This document shows, piece after piece, positions 20,739 to 30,303 of a stretch of 64,000 bases of DNA. The DNA is from Bdellovibrionota bacterium. Its GTDB lineage: Bacteria > Bdellovibrionota_C > UBA2361 > JAFLCA01. Location of the stretch: assembly GCA_030584005.1 (NCBI GenBank), contig CP129486.1:435556-499555 (forward strand). The letters run 5' to 3'. Made by a program: the position numbers and the translations under genes. The notes beneath the pieces were generated by a model, which ran no database searches, was not told the origin of the DNA, and saw only the letters and a list, made by a program, of their open reading frames with translations. Position 1 is the stretch's first letter. Each line of letters begins with the position of its first letter.

Positions 20739-23591
20739 TCATGGCGCGGGGGCACTACTCTTTGTCGATAGCTGCACGGCCGATTTACGGGCTGCTGCAT
20801 TTGCCAGAAGTTCCTGTACCTTCTCTAAAAGCTTCGAAGTCTTGAATGGTTTCTGCAAGAAGTCACTTAGAGGGTGCGGAGCCGCGTGCACGTTCTCTGT
20901 AGAGAATCCGGACATCAGAAGCAGGGGGATATCCCCGAAGGCCTGCCGCAGATCCTCTGCAAACTGCATTCCCGTCCGATGCGGCATCACGATGTCGCTT
21001 ACAATCAAAGCAAACTTCTGCGGATTGCTCTTTACAATCGAAAAGGCCTCGTCTACCGATGCCGCCTGCATCGTAGTGAAGCCGTGGGCGTTAAGGATCT
21101 CGGCTGTGCCCTGTCGTACAAGAGGTTCATCATCTAAGACGAGAATACACTCTCCGCTGCCTTGGAACACCGCCTCATTCGACTCCTCCACCCGTGTCGC
21201 ATCTCGGAAGGCCGGCAGGTATACGGCAAAAGTAGTTCCTACACCCTCTTCGGATTCCACACGAATAAAGCCGTGCGCCTGCGTTACTATTCCGTAAGCA
21301 ACAGGCAGTCCTAATCCGGTTCCGCGTCCCGCCGGTTTCGTCGTAAAGAAAGGCTCGAACAGTTTTGGCCGTACCGAGGATGGAATACCCTGCCCCGTGT
21401 CGCACACTTCGAACACCACGTAATCGCCCGCTGGTGCCTGGTCATTCCCGAGTCCTTCTGAACCATCCAGGCGCCGTTCCGATGCCCGTATGGTGAGCGT
21501 TCCTCCATGAGGCATGGCATCTATTGCGTTCAGAGCCAAATTCAACAGGACCTGCTGTAACTGGTTCGGGTCAATCAGTACCGATGGGCAATCCGAAGGG
21601 ACAGAGGTATGGAACTCGATGTTGTTCTTGACGATGGAATGAACCAGGCTGGCGAGATCGTCAATCGCCTCACTGGCCGAGAGCAGCTGCGGGTCTACTT
21701 GCTGCTTGCGTCCAAAGGTAAGGAGCTGCTGAGTTAGAGCGGACGCACGAGCAACTGCTGTTGAGATGTTCTGTACATGCCGCTCCTCTAACGGACGCCC
21801 TCCTGAGTCTCGAATCAGCCGAGAAAGCAGATCGGCATTCGCCCCGATAACCGTGAGCACGTTATTGAAGTCATGCGCCACGCCTCCGGCGAGCTGTCCC
21901 AAGGCCTCCACTCGCTGCACATGCTCGAGTTGGCGTCGCAGCTCCGCCTCTCTCTCCCGCGCCTGCACCTCATTAGTTATCTCAAGGGCCAGCCCACCAA
22001 TGTACTTTTTGCCATGCTTGTCACGAACCAGGAACTTCACGGTCATGAACACAAGAGCACCTTTATCCGTCGGTATCTCCTCCGTCACCACTATCGACTC
22101 GCCCGTGTCGAGCACATGATTATCATTGCGCGTAAACTGTTCGGCCGCCCCAGGCCACAGCTCCGCATCGGTACGCCCTACCACGTTGCTTGCAGCAAAA
22201 TGAAAGCGCTTCAAGAATGCCGTGTTCGTATACAGGTGTCGGCCAACGGAGTCCTTGATGAAGGCGATAACGGGACTATGATCCATAAACCGGTGGAATC
22301 TCTCCTCGCTTTCTTTCAGGGCGTCCTGAGCTTCTTTCTCACGGGTTACATCCTGCACGATCCCCACTACAACACCCACCGTCCCATCTGCTTCAATGAC
22401 GGGAGCCGTGTGCGCATACAGCCAGCGCTCGGATCCGTCCGCAGCACTGACTCTGAATCGAAAGCCATCGGGATCAGGTTCAGTGGGATTGAGCATTTTC
22501 TGTACGACGGACTCACGATCTTCGGGGGCGATTCGCCTCTGCCATGCGTCGGGGTGCACTGCCAGCTCGTCCGAACTGAAAGAGAACAAACGTTCAAAGC
22601 CAGAGCTCACGTAGGAGAAGGTGTTACTTTCCGCTGAGGCCACAAATAGCCCGTGTTCCAAGTAGCGGCCCAATGTCGTCAGAAAGCGATCCCGCTCGAT
22701 GAGCCTTTGCCCCAATTGCCGGCGTTCGACCACTAACGCAGCTAGCAAATGAGTGGTGATGCTGGCTACGATAAGAAACCCCTGTTCCCAAACAATCGCC
22801 AGGGTTGGATGAAGGGGCACACCTGCGGAGCCGCGTGACCCGAGTATGAGTCCTAAAGATATAGACATCCCGATCAACACGACCGAGATGGCAGTCGCAA
22901 ACGTTCCGACTCGCCAGGCTGCCCAAATTACAAAGGGGAGTAGACTCATGGTGACGAACACGGAGGCTGAATGCTCTGCGATTAAGCCAGCAAAGAGTAG
23001 GCTCGCTAGCCCCGCTACCCCGAAAAGACATAGCAATGCTTCGGAGAGGCGGACATCAAAAAGGTCCTGCTCAGCACGCAGCCTCGAAACAAGGACATGC
23101 GTCACGGGACCTGCGACGAGCACACCGGTTAATGTCCCGAATAACCAGTGTTGAAAGAAGTGGACACCCTGATAGTCCAGGGCAAAGCCTTTTGTGTAGA
23201 TCGTCGAAAGCGTCGCCGAGACGAGAGACGCTGCGAGCCCAGATCCAATGCTGAAATAAAGAACATGCTGGGGCTTTGAGAAGCTGAACGATTTGCCGCG
23301 TAACAGGGCGCGCACAATGAGAACGCCAACTATTCCTTCGATGATTGTGATGAGGGTATATACAACTGCCGTCGGAACGGATTGCCCCTCGACGAGATTC
23401 CCAAGGATGTTGGAGCAGGCGAGTGCCAAGCATATGAGCCACCAGATGTGCTTTGCGTGCAGAAGCAAAAGTGCCCCAAACACTCCGCTTGGCAGCCACA
23501 GGAGGGCAATATGTTCTGAAGGAATTACCGTTAATGCGCTCCATAGCGCACTCACAAGGAAAAGAACCGAGGCCCCGAGGAAGAGCCGCAC
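20739..23591 (-). CDS. hybrid sensor histidine kinase/response regulator (MASE1 membrane domain, PAS x2, HisKA, HATPase, REC)
   Basis: 950 aa; N-terminal multi-TM MASE1-like; H-box VAHDFNNVLTVI; G-boxes; C-terminal ILVLDDEPLV...DIVMP receiver. Confidence 0.85.
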   Translation of the reverse strand: MRLFLGASVLFLVSALWSALTVIPSEHIALLWLPSGVFGALLLLHAKHIWWLICLALACSNILGNLVEGQSVPTAVVYTLITIIEGIVGVLIVRALLRGKSFSFSKPQHVLYFSIGSGLAASLVSATLSTIYTKGFALDYQGVHFFQHWLFGTLTGVLVAGPVTHVLVSRLRAEQDLFDVRLSEALLCLFGVAGLASLLFAGLIAEHSASVFVTMSLLPFVIWAAWRVGTFATAISVVLIGMSISLGLILGSRGSAGVPLHPTLAIVWEQGFLIVASITTHLLAALVVERRQLGQRLIERDRFLTTLGRYLEHGLFVASAESNTFSYVSSGFERLFSFSSDELAVHPDAWQRRIAPEDRESVVQKMLNPTEPDPDGFRFRVSAADGSERWLYAHTAPVIEADGTVGVVVGIVQDVTREKEAQDALKESEERFHRFMDHSPVIAFIKDSVGRHLYTNTAFLKRFHFAASNVVGRTDAELWPGAAEQFTRNDNHVLDTGESIVVTEEIPTDKGALVFMTVKFLVRDKHGKKYIGGLALEITNEVQAREREAELRRQLEHVQRVEALGQLAGGVAHDFNNVLTVIGANADLLSRLIRDSGGRPLEERHVQNISTAVARASALTQQLLTFGRKQQVDPQLLSASEAIDDLASLVHSIVKNNIEFHTSVPSDCPSVLIDPNQLQQVLLNLALNAIDAMPHGGTLTIRASERRLDGSEGLGNDQAPAGDYVVFEVCDTGQGIPSSVRPKLFEPFFTTKPAGRGTGLGLPVAYGIVTQAHGFIRVESEEGVGTTFAVYLPAFRDATRVEESNEAVFQGSGECILVLDDEPLVRQGTAEILNAHGFTTMQAASVDEAFSIVKSNPQKFALIVSDIVMPHRTGMQFAEDLRQAFGDIPLLLMSGFSTENVHAAPHPLSDFLQKPFKTSKLLEKVQELLANAAARKSAVQLSTKSSAPAP

Positions 23592-23667
23592 TTGTGCTTG
23601 GGGGGGCTGTGAGCCCCTAGATTAATACCAGTTTGTAGTAGAGGTTTCTCTGGTAAAAGGAGAAACC

Positions 23668-23937
23668 ATGAAGAAACGATACAGTGAAGAGCAGATAGTT
23701 CGGATTCTTTCTGAGGCGCAGAAGGGAGAAGTGGCTGTGGTATGTAGGCGGTACGGGATAAGCGACGCGACCTACTACAACTGGCGGAAGAGGTACGAGG
23801 GGATGACGGCGCTTGATCTTCGGAAGCTTAAAAGCCTCGAGGAAGAGAACCGCAAGCTCAAGAAGATAGTAGCTGATAAGGAGCTTGATATTGATGCGTT
23901 AAAGGCGCTTCTCGAAAAATACAGCGACGCCCGATGA
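23668..23937 (+). CDS. IS3-family transposase OrfA
   Basis: identical to copy 1 except R/K, G/S substitutions. Confidence 0.85.
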   Translation: MKKRYSEEQIVRILSEAQKGEVAVVCRRYGISDATYYNWRKRYEGMTALDLRKLKSLEEENRKLKKIVADKELDIDALKALLEKYSDAR

Positions 23938-24004
23938 GCGGAGGCGAGCGGTTGAGTTTCTTCGTAAAGAGAAGAACCTCTCTGAGCGTCGGGCAGCGAC
24001 ACTG

Positions 24005-24778
24005 GTGGGGGCATCGAGGACACTTCTTCGGTACCGGCGGCAGCGTGACAGGAACGAGAGGCTTCGGGCTAAGATTATTCTCCTCGCAAAGAAGTACCGG
24101 CGAGCTGGCTATCGGATGATTTACCGAAGGCTAAGGCACTCCGGGTGGCAGGTGAACCATAAACGGGTGGCACGGATATACCGCGAAGAGAAGCTTCAGA
24201 TAAGGAGAAAGAGGCGCAGGAAGCAGGTGGTTCAGAGAGCGCAGATGGTGGTTGCCGAATGGGTAAACGACTGCTGGTCAGTGGACTTTATGAGTGATGC
24301 CTTGTCCTCGGGCAGAGCACTTCGGCTCTTGACGCTCATCGATGACGCCTCCCGGGAGTGTCTGGAGCTCTATGCTGATACGTCTATCCCTGGGTGGAAG
24401 CTTGTTGAGAGACTCGATGCAGTGGCGACGTTTCGCGGATTTCCGCGCTTTATCAGAACCGATGGCGGGCCTGAGTTCCAGGGCGCTGAATTTGAGCGTT
24501 GGTGCGCAAAGCGAGGCGTCTGCCACATCACCATTCAACCAGGAAAGCCGCAGCAGAATGCCTTCATCGAAGCGTTTAACGGACGAGTCAGAGATGAGCT
24601 CCTCAACGAAGAGATCTTCTCCTCCATCTCAGATGCGCAACGAAAGGTGACACGATGGAAACATGAATACAATTTCGAGAGACCCCATGGAGTAGTCGGT
24701 CTGCCTCCAGCTCTCCTGGCTCGAAAGCTTAAACATCAACAAAAGGAGAAATCTCTAATTAGAACTGGTACAAATTAA
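24005..24778 (+). CDS. IS3-family transposase OrfB
   Basis: identical to copy 1 OrfB; frame 2 open from 23903, i.e. +1 relative to orfA. Confidence 0.85.
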   Translation: MGASRTLLRYRRQRDRNERLRAKIILLAKKYRRAGYRMIYRRLRHSGWQVNHKRVARIYREEKLQIRRKRRRKQVVQRAQMVVAEWVNDCWSVDFMSDALSSGRALRLLTLIDDASRECLELYADTSIPGWKLVERLDAVATFRGFPRFIRTDGGPEFQGAEFERWCAKRGVCHITIQPGKPQQNAFIEAFNGRVRDELLNEEIFSSISDAQRKVTRWKHEYNFERPHGVVGLPPALLARKLKHQQKEKSLIRTGTN

Positions 24779-25038
24779 GGGGGCTGGACAGGGGGAGGGA
24801 CGTTCAAATGATGTCGGATATGGAAGCGCCACTATTGCTGCTCTCCCGTAAAAGCTTTGACGAAGGCCGCTGGATTGTACCCTAGCTCGAACGTAACGTT
24901 AACCAGTGCATGCCGCGGGGACAGTGCTCGGAATTACTCGCTCATTCGGATCTTGCAAAGTCGTTCGAAAAGGCACACCACATCAGCTTCTTGGGCAGGT
25001 CATAAGAATAGCCCGAAAATCGAAATAACGATACAAGA

Positions 25039-27450
25039 TCACTGTTTCAGCGGGTGTCCGGCCGCGCTGAGTTTGGTGATTACTCGCTGCGAAAGGGCGT
25101 TGAGCTCTTCACCGGAGAGGGTGCCCTCCTTGCTTCCAAAGGTGAGCCTGAGAGTAACACTCTTTTCATGGTCATTCAGCTCATACACACTTAACACGCT
25201 CAAACGCTGAAGCTCCGCGAGGCTGAGGCTTCGCACGACCTCTATCACCTGCGATATCGACTGGTCACGTCCTGCGAGCACGGTTAGATCGATTTCCGAA
25301 AGCGGAAACCGCGCGAGCGGTTGGTAGCGAATAGGATCACTCAAGTACAGCTCCTCTACAGCGGTCACATTGACAACGGCAATGCTGACGTGGGCTGAGA
25401 TCTTGAAGTTCCTAAGCAGCATCGGATGAATTCTTGCTACGACTCCAACTTCGCTATCTCCGGACCATAACGACATTACCTGGTCGGGATAGAGCCCCGA
25501 CCATTCACTCGGGATTAAGCCACCGCTAGTGCCATTATCAAACCGGATAGGCACTTTGAGCCGCCGGAACAGCGCTTCGATGGTGTCCAGCAACGCCACC
25601 GTTTTATCTGCTTTCTCATCACAAAAGAGACAACCGAGATGCGTTTCCTCGCGAGAAAAATGTTTGGGATCCGCGAAGTAGGATCGTCCGATCTCGAACG
25701 CTCTAAATGCAGAGTAGTGCTTGTGGTTCAAAGCGCACACATCAAGGAGAGATGGGATGAGAGAAGGTCGCATTCGATCCCGATCTCGTGAAATGGGATT
25801 CGCCAGCTCAAGCTCTTGTGCAGCCCTCTTCCACTCTGCGCGATTGAGCAGATCCTCACCAATCATCGGGTAGGTGGTGACTTCCAGGCTGCGGCCATGC
25901 AGTACCATCACATCTCGGATCAGCCGGTGCACCCGCAGTCCAGTTGAAGGGGCAAGCGGCGAAATAACTCCCGCCGGTGCCTTGGGCGCAATATTGTCGT
26001 ACCCAATGATACGACCAACCTCTTCTGCGATATCGGCATCGAACTCGAAATCGCGGGTCCCTCTGAATGACGGTACCGTTACCAGCAGTGCTGAGCGATC
26101 CGCCTTCACCGTAAACCCCAGTCGTGTCAGTATGTCCACGATTTGATTCTCTGCTATCTCTCTACCGAGAGCCGCCTCGATGCGTTGGGTAGAGGTTCGA
26201 ATCTGCCGCAGGGGGAATGCATTCTCAGGTGGACCCGCGTATTCGAGACTTCCGCTCACCACGGCGCCAGGGCAGATCTCGAGGGTCAGTTCAGCGGCGC
26301 GTAGCACCGTTATGATTACTCGGGAAGGATCCAGTCCCTTTTCAAAGCGAGCGGATGAGTCAGTTCGCACCCCCAAACGTGTGGACAGCTTCCGGATCTC
26401 AGAGGGGAGCCAGTTGGCCGCCTCAATGAACACGCTCTGCGTATCCGGTTGAATGCCGCTGGAGAGCCCTCCGATGATGCCCCCGACTACCAGCGGGCCC
26501 TGGGCGTCGCATACCACGGTGTCCCCCGGCACAAGCTGTGCAGTCGTTCCGTCAAGTAGCGGGAGCTCAGAGGGTTGGCTGAGTCTACGCACCACTATCT
26601 TGTTGGCCCGAATCTGTGATCTATCGAACATGTGAACGGGGCCGCCCACTTCCAGCATCACATAGTTGCCGATATCCACCAAATTGTTAATAGGCCGAAG
26701 CCCTGCCGCGATAAGTCTTCGCTGCATCCACAGAGGACTTGGTGCTACCTTCACATTGTCGATGGAGAGGCCGTAATAGCAGACACAGCTGGATGGGCCA
26801 TCCAGCGATACCTGTATCGGGCCTCGATGAGGAGGGAGCTTTTCCTGCCATTTTGACTGCCAACTCTCGGCATACAGATCCTTAAATGGCCGTCGGAGAA
26901 TTGCGGCCAGCTCACGACCTACTCCCAGGTGGCCCCATAGATCTGGCCGATGGGTGAGGGACTTATTATCGAACTCAATAACGACATGCTCATCGCCAAG
27001 TATGTCCCGAACTGATTGACCCATCCGCGCTGCTGCTGGCAGCTCCCACACGCCCGAATGGTCTGAGCCAACCCCCAGTTCCTGTTGCGAGGCGAGAAAG
27101 CCGGAAGAGCGTTCCCCCTGGATATCTTTTGCCTCTACTGGCCCCGCAGGGAGCACCACTCCCGCAGGGGCATAGGCACATTTCATCCCTGAGCGCACAT
27201 TCGGAGCACCACATACCACCTGAAATTTCCCTGCCGGCCCAGCGTCGACCTCTGCCACCTGCAAATCGCGATTCTGCGGGTGCGGTCTGAGGGTCCTAAC
27301 CTCGACGACTAGACAGTGTTGGAGATGGGCCTCTGGACGAAGTACATCCTCCACCTCAGCGGTGGTTGAGGTAAAAAGTTTGGCCAAGCCCTCGGGGGAG
27401 GTGTCGTTGAGTGCTACAAAGTCTGAGAGCCAAGATAATGAAATTCGCAT
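25039..27450 (-). CDS. pheT: phenylalanine--tRNA ligase beta subunit
   Basis: 803 aa; MRISLSWLSDFV start typical of PheT. Confidence 0.9.
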   Translation of the reverse strand: MRISLSWLSDFVALNDTSPEGLAKLFTSTTAEVEDVLRPEAHLQHCLVVEVRTLRPHPQNRDLQVAEVDAGPAGKFQVVCGAPNVRSGMKCAYAPAGVVLPAGPVEAKDIQGERSSGFLASQQELGVGSDHSGVWELPAAARMGQSVRDILGDEHVVIEFDNKSLTHRPDLWGHLGVGRELAAILRRPFKDLYAESWQSKWQEKLPPHRGPIQVSLDGPSSCVCYYGLSIDNVKVAPSPLWMQRRLIAAGLRPINNLVDIGNYVMLEVGGPVHMFDRSQIRANKIVVRRLSQPSELPLLDGTTAQLVPGDTVVCDAQGPLVVGGIIGGLSSGIQPDTQSVFIEAANWLPSEIRKLSTRLGVRTDSSARFEKGLDPSRVIITVLRAAELTLEICPGAVVSGSLEYAGPPENAFPLRQIRTSTQRIEAALGREIAENQIVDILTRLGFTVKADRSALLVTVPSFRGTRDFEFDADIAEEVGRIIGYDNIAPKAPAGVISPLAPSTGLRVHRLIRDVMVLHGRSLEVTTYPMIGEDLLNRAEWKRAAQELELANPISRDRDRMRPSLIPSLLDVCALNHKHYSAFRAFEIGRSYFADPKHFSREETHLGCLFCDEKADKTVALLDTIEALFRRLKVPIRFDNGTSGGLIPSEWSGLYPDQVMSLWSGDSEVGVVARIHPMLLRNFKISAHVSIAVVNVTAVEELYLSDPIRYQPLARFPLSEIDLTVLAGRDQSISQVIEVVRSLSLAELQRLSVLSVYELNDHEKSVTLRLTFGSKEGTLSGEELNALSQRVITKLSAAGHPLKQ

Positions 27451-27461
27451 GAGGTTGTGAC

Positions 27462-28505
27462 CTAGATGGAGCGGAATTGGGAAGCAAATCTCAGATCCCC
27501 TGAGCGCAAATGACGGATATCCTCGATGCCATGTCGCATCATCAGCAGGCGATCTACCCCGAGTCCAAAGGCGAATCCGGAGTACTCCTCAGGATTGATA
27601 CCACCATTGGTAAGCACACGCGGATGCACCAGTCCGGCACCGAGGAGTTCAACCCATCCAGAGTAACCACAAACAGGGCACCCCTTCTCGGCGCACATTA
27701 AACACTTCATATCGATTTCCAGTCCTGGTTCGACGAACGGGAAATAACTCGGACGGGTGCGCACCTCGACCGTATGATGAAAAAGGCTCGAGTAGAGCTG
27801 TTGGGCGAAGTATATCAAATGGGCGATGCTAATATTCCTGTCGACAAGCATCCCCTCGAATTGAAAGAAGGTCATTTCATGGGATGCATCAGTGCGCTCG
27901 CAACGAAACACACTGCCCGGGCCGACAAATCGGAATGGGGGCTTTCTGGATTCCATGCCCCGGATCTGAATGCAGCTTGTGTGGGTGCGGAGCACATGCT
28001 GATTGTCGTGGAACCAGAAGGTGTCTTGCATGTCGCGGGCCGGATGGTCGCGAGAGACATTGAGGGCTTCAAAGTTGTGCCAATCATCTTCGATGTGTGG
28101 GCCATCGAGCACATCGAATCCCATGTAGAGGAAAATATCCTCGAGTTCACGCAAAATAGAAACCAAAGGGTGGTAGCCTGCTGATTTGAGCCCGCCTTCA
28201 AGAATGGAATCCCGGAGGCCCAGATCTACACGACCCCCTAATAGTTCCTTATTCACTCTTGCCTTGACGGCTTGCTGCAAACGTTCCTCGATCAATAACT
28301 CGGCCTTTGTTTTGGCCTGATTGACCTCGGCGCCAAAACTGCGCTTCTGATCAGGAGGCAGGTCCTTCAGGAGTTTGAGCTGCTGCGATATCTTGCCATC
28401 TTTGCCGATGAAATTTGCCTTTACTTTCAAGACCTCGGGCTCGCTGCTGGCCTGAGCAAGTGCTGTGCTTAATTCCTTCAGGATGGAGTCTAGAGACTGG
28501 CTCAT
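27462..28505 (-). CDS. pheS: phenylalanine--tRNA ligase alpha subunit
   Basis: class II aaRS motifs; table ORF extends to 28799 but PheS-length start is the ATG at 28505 (MSQSLDSILKEL...). Confidence 0.85.
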   Translation of the reverse strand: MSQSLDSILKELSTALAQASSEPEVLKVKANFIGKDGKISQQLKLLKDLPPDQKRSFGAEVNQAKTKAELLIEERLQQAVKARVNKELLGGRVDLGLRDSILEGGLKSAGYHPLVSILRELEDIFLYMGFDVLDGPHIEDDWHNFEALNVSRDHPARDMQDTFWFHDNQHVLRTHTSCIQIRGMESRKPPFRFVGPGSVFRCERTDASHEMTFFQFEGMLVDRNISIAHLIYFAQQLYSSLFHHTVEVRTRPSYFPFVEPGLEIDMKCLMCAEKGCPVCGYSGWVELLGAGLVHPRVLTNGGINPEEYSGFAFGLGVDRLLMMRHGIEDIRHLRSGDLRFASQFRSI

Positions 28506-28841
28506 AAACCTAGGGGAGAATTCAGTGCTTATGACCACAAGCAATAGCAGATCGGAGCGCCTCTCAGCAATTTCTAGAGCGCATCCGGAAATGCCCTCTA
28601 GTGTACTGTTCATTGGACTCCGGACTCCCTGTCCTGCGTCGAATTCGCTCCAAGCTCTGCTGGGCGGACCCCGAGAAGCCCAGCTCCGCGTCGCTCCAGC
28701 CGCTTCGCGGCTGCCTGGCCACCCCTGGCCGGCTAGTTTCCTGAGACTCGACTTATTTACGAAACTCATTGACTCGGGCGAAGACGGTTGAACCGACAAG
28801 AGCTGCGAAATAAAATCAAGGGCAGCGGGCTGTTCAGCAAT

Positions 28842-28876
28842 AAAAAAAGCCCTACGAGGCTTGCGCCTCGTAGGGC
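28842..28876 (-). terminator. rho-independent terminator of the rRNA operon
   Basis: minus strand GCCCTACGAGGC-GCAA-GCCTCGTAGGGC followed by TTTTTTT, 65 nt downstream of 5S. Confidence 0.75.
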
Positions 28877-28942
28877 TTCACTGAGATGGCACGAACTCAA
28901 TCGTGTCTCTCAACACCTTCCCCACTTCTCAGTGAGAAAGGT

Positions 28943-29060
28943 AAAGTCCCAGCAACTTCCTACTTTCGCGGGAAATCCCACTATCATCGGCTCTAGAGGG
29001 CTTAACGACCGTGTTCGGTATGGGAACGGGTGTGGCCCCTCCGAAATAATCACCAGGGCT
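28943..29060 (-). rRNA. rrf: 5S ribosomal RNA
   Basis: reverse complement reads GCCCTGGTGATTATTTCGGAGGGGCCACACCCGTTCCCATACCGAACACGG...GGGAC, canonical 5S. Confidence 0.9.
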
Positions 29061-29797
29061 TAAAGATCCAATAAATCTCTAAGCTCTAGCGACATCCCGC
29101 TGGCACTATTCAGGCCACACATAGAGCGCATGTGAAATCTTGGCGCTAGCCAAGTTTCACAAGCAAGCATGCTTGGCCCCTCCGAAATAATCACCAAGGC
29201 TCAAAAGTCTATTTCAACTTTAAGCTTTGAGGATCCATCGCGGAGTTCTAAAAACAGAAACTGGATTTCATGCGAGCAAAGTACAGCACTGGCCAAACTT
29301 TGCTCGCAGAAATCGTGGTAACTCCAGATTCCTGGAGTACCTCACACCAGAACTTCAGTCCTGGCGATCAACTAATCGTCATTATCGAGCGCGATTCGTA
29401 AAATAAAAATCTACGTTTCGCAGATATTGCACATCTCGGTGCTTACCCCTCGTTTCAGCAATCATTGATAGATCAAGCACGATCTAAAAAATGTCGCGTA
29501 AACCATTGGTAAAAAAAGCATTGTAGCGTCGGTGGTCTGAATTAATCAGACAACAAGCTACCTACCTTGAATTACGCAATCTCTCCACGTGCAAGCACGC
29601 TCTTGAGAAAGCGCTTCCGCGTAATTCAAATCTTGGTTTTGCCAAGTTTGAATTGCTAGAAACAAGGAGGAATTAAGAAAATTTAAGCCGATCGGCAAAT
29701 TAGTACTGGTTAGCTCCATACATTACTGTACTTCCACACCCAGCCTATCAACGTTGTAGTCTACAACATGCCTTAAGGGAGATCTTATCTTGGAGGC

Positions 29798-29830
<33 letters not shown>

Positions 29831-29946
29831 GTTCCGGACATAGCTACCCAGCTGTGCCACTGGCGTGACAACTGGTGCACCATAGGTCCGTTCACTTCGG
29901 CCCTCTCGTACTAGAAGTAACTCTCCTCAAATCTCCTACGGCCACG

Positions 29947-30005
<59 letters not shown>

Positions 30006-30036
30006 TGGCGAACAGCCAAACCCTTGGGACCTACTC

Positions 30037-30091
<55 letters not shown>

Positions 30092-30108
30092 GACTCGTGG
30101 GGGAGATA

Positions 30109-30147
<39 letters not shown>

Positions 30148-30303
30148 CGACCCTTCCATACAGGATCGCCGGATCACTAAGGCCTACTTTCGTACCTGTT
30201 CGAGATGTCCCTCTCACAGTCAAGCAAGTTTATGCCTTTACACTCGACGCGTGGTTTCCAAGCACGCTGAACTTGCCATTGCGCGCCTCCGGTACTCTTT
30301 GGG

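Larger units (their letters stand above)
23608..24791 (+). mobile_element. IS3-family insertion sequence, copy 2 (1184 bp)
   Basis: inverted duplicate of 10760..11943; left end 22 nt upstream of the histidine kinase start codon. Confidence 0.85.

Noticed and set aside
20728-23625. Numerous 70-250-aa ORFs antisense to the hybrid kinase and pheT genes (e.g. 20728..21297, 21873..22637, 25874..26146)
   Set aside because: Antisense to long, motif-rich genes in GC-rich DNA; typical spurious frames.
10740-24815. Searched for 3-4 bp target-site duplications flanking each IS copy or the whole IS-bracketed segment
   Set aside because: Flanks (cac/gcc for copy 1, ggc/ggg for copy 2, cac/ggg outer) do not match, so neither simple insertion nor unit transposition can be demonstrated from sequence alone.
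24857-25210. 117-aa plus-strand ORF between IS copy 2 and pheT
   Set aside because: Overlaps the pheT 3-prime end on the opposite strand; no motif; the region is more likely intergenic plus the pheT C-terminus.
28465-28799. ORF-table extension of pheS to 445 aa and plus-strand ORF 28465..28791
   Set aside because: PheS homology starts at MSQSLDSILKEL (ATG at 28505); the upstream 100 codons are Pro/Ser/Arg-rich non-protein-like sequence leading into the rRNA terminator.
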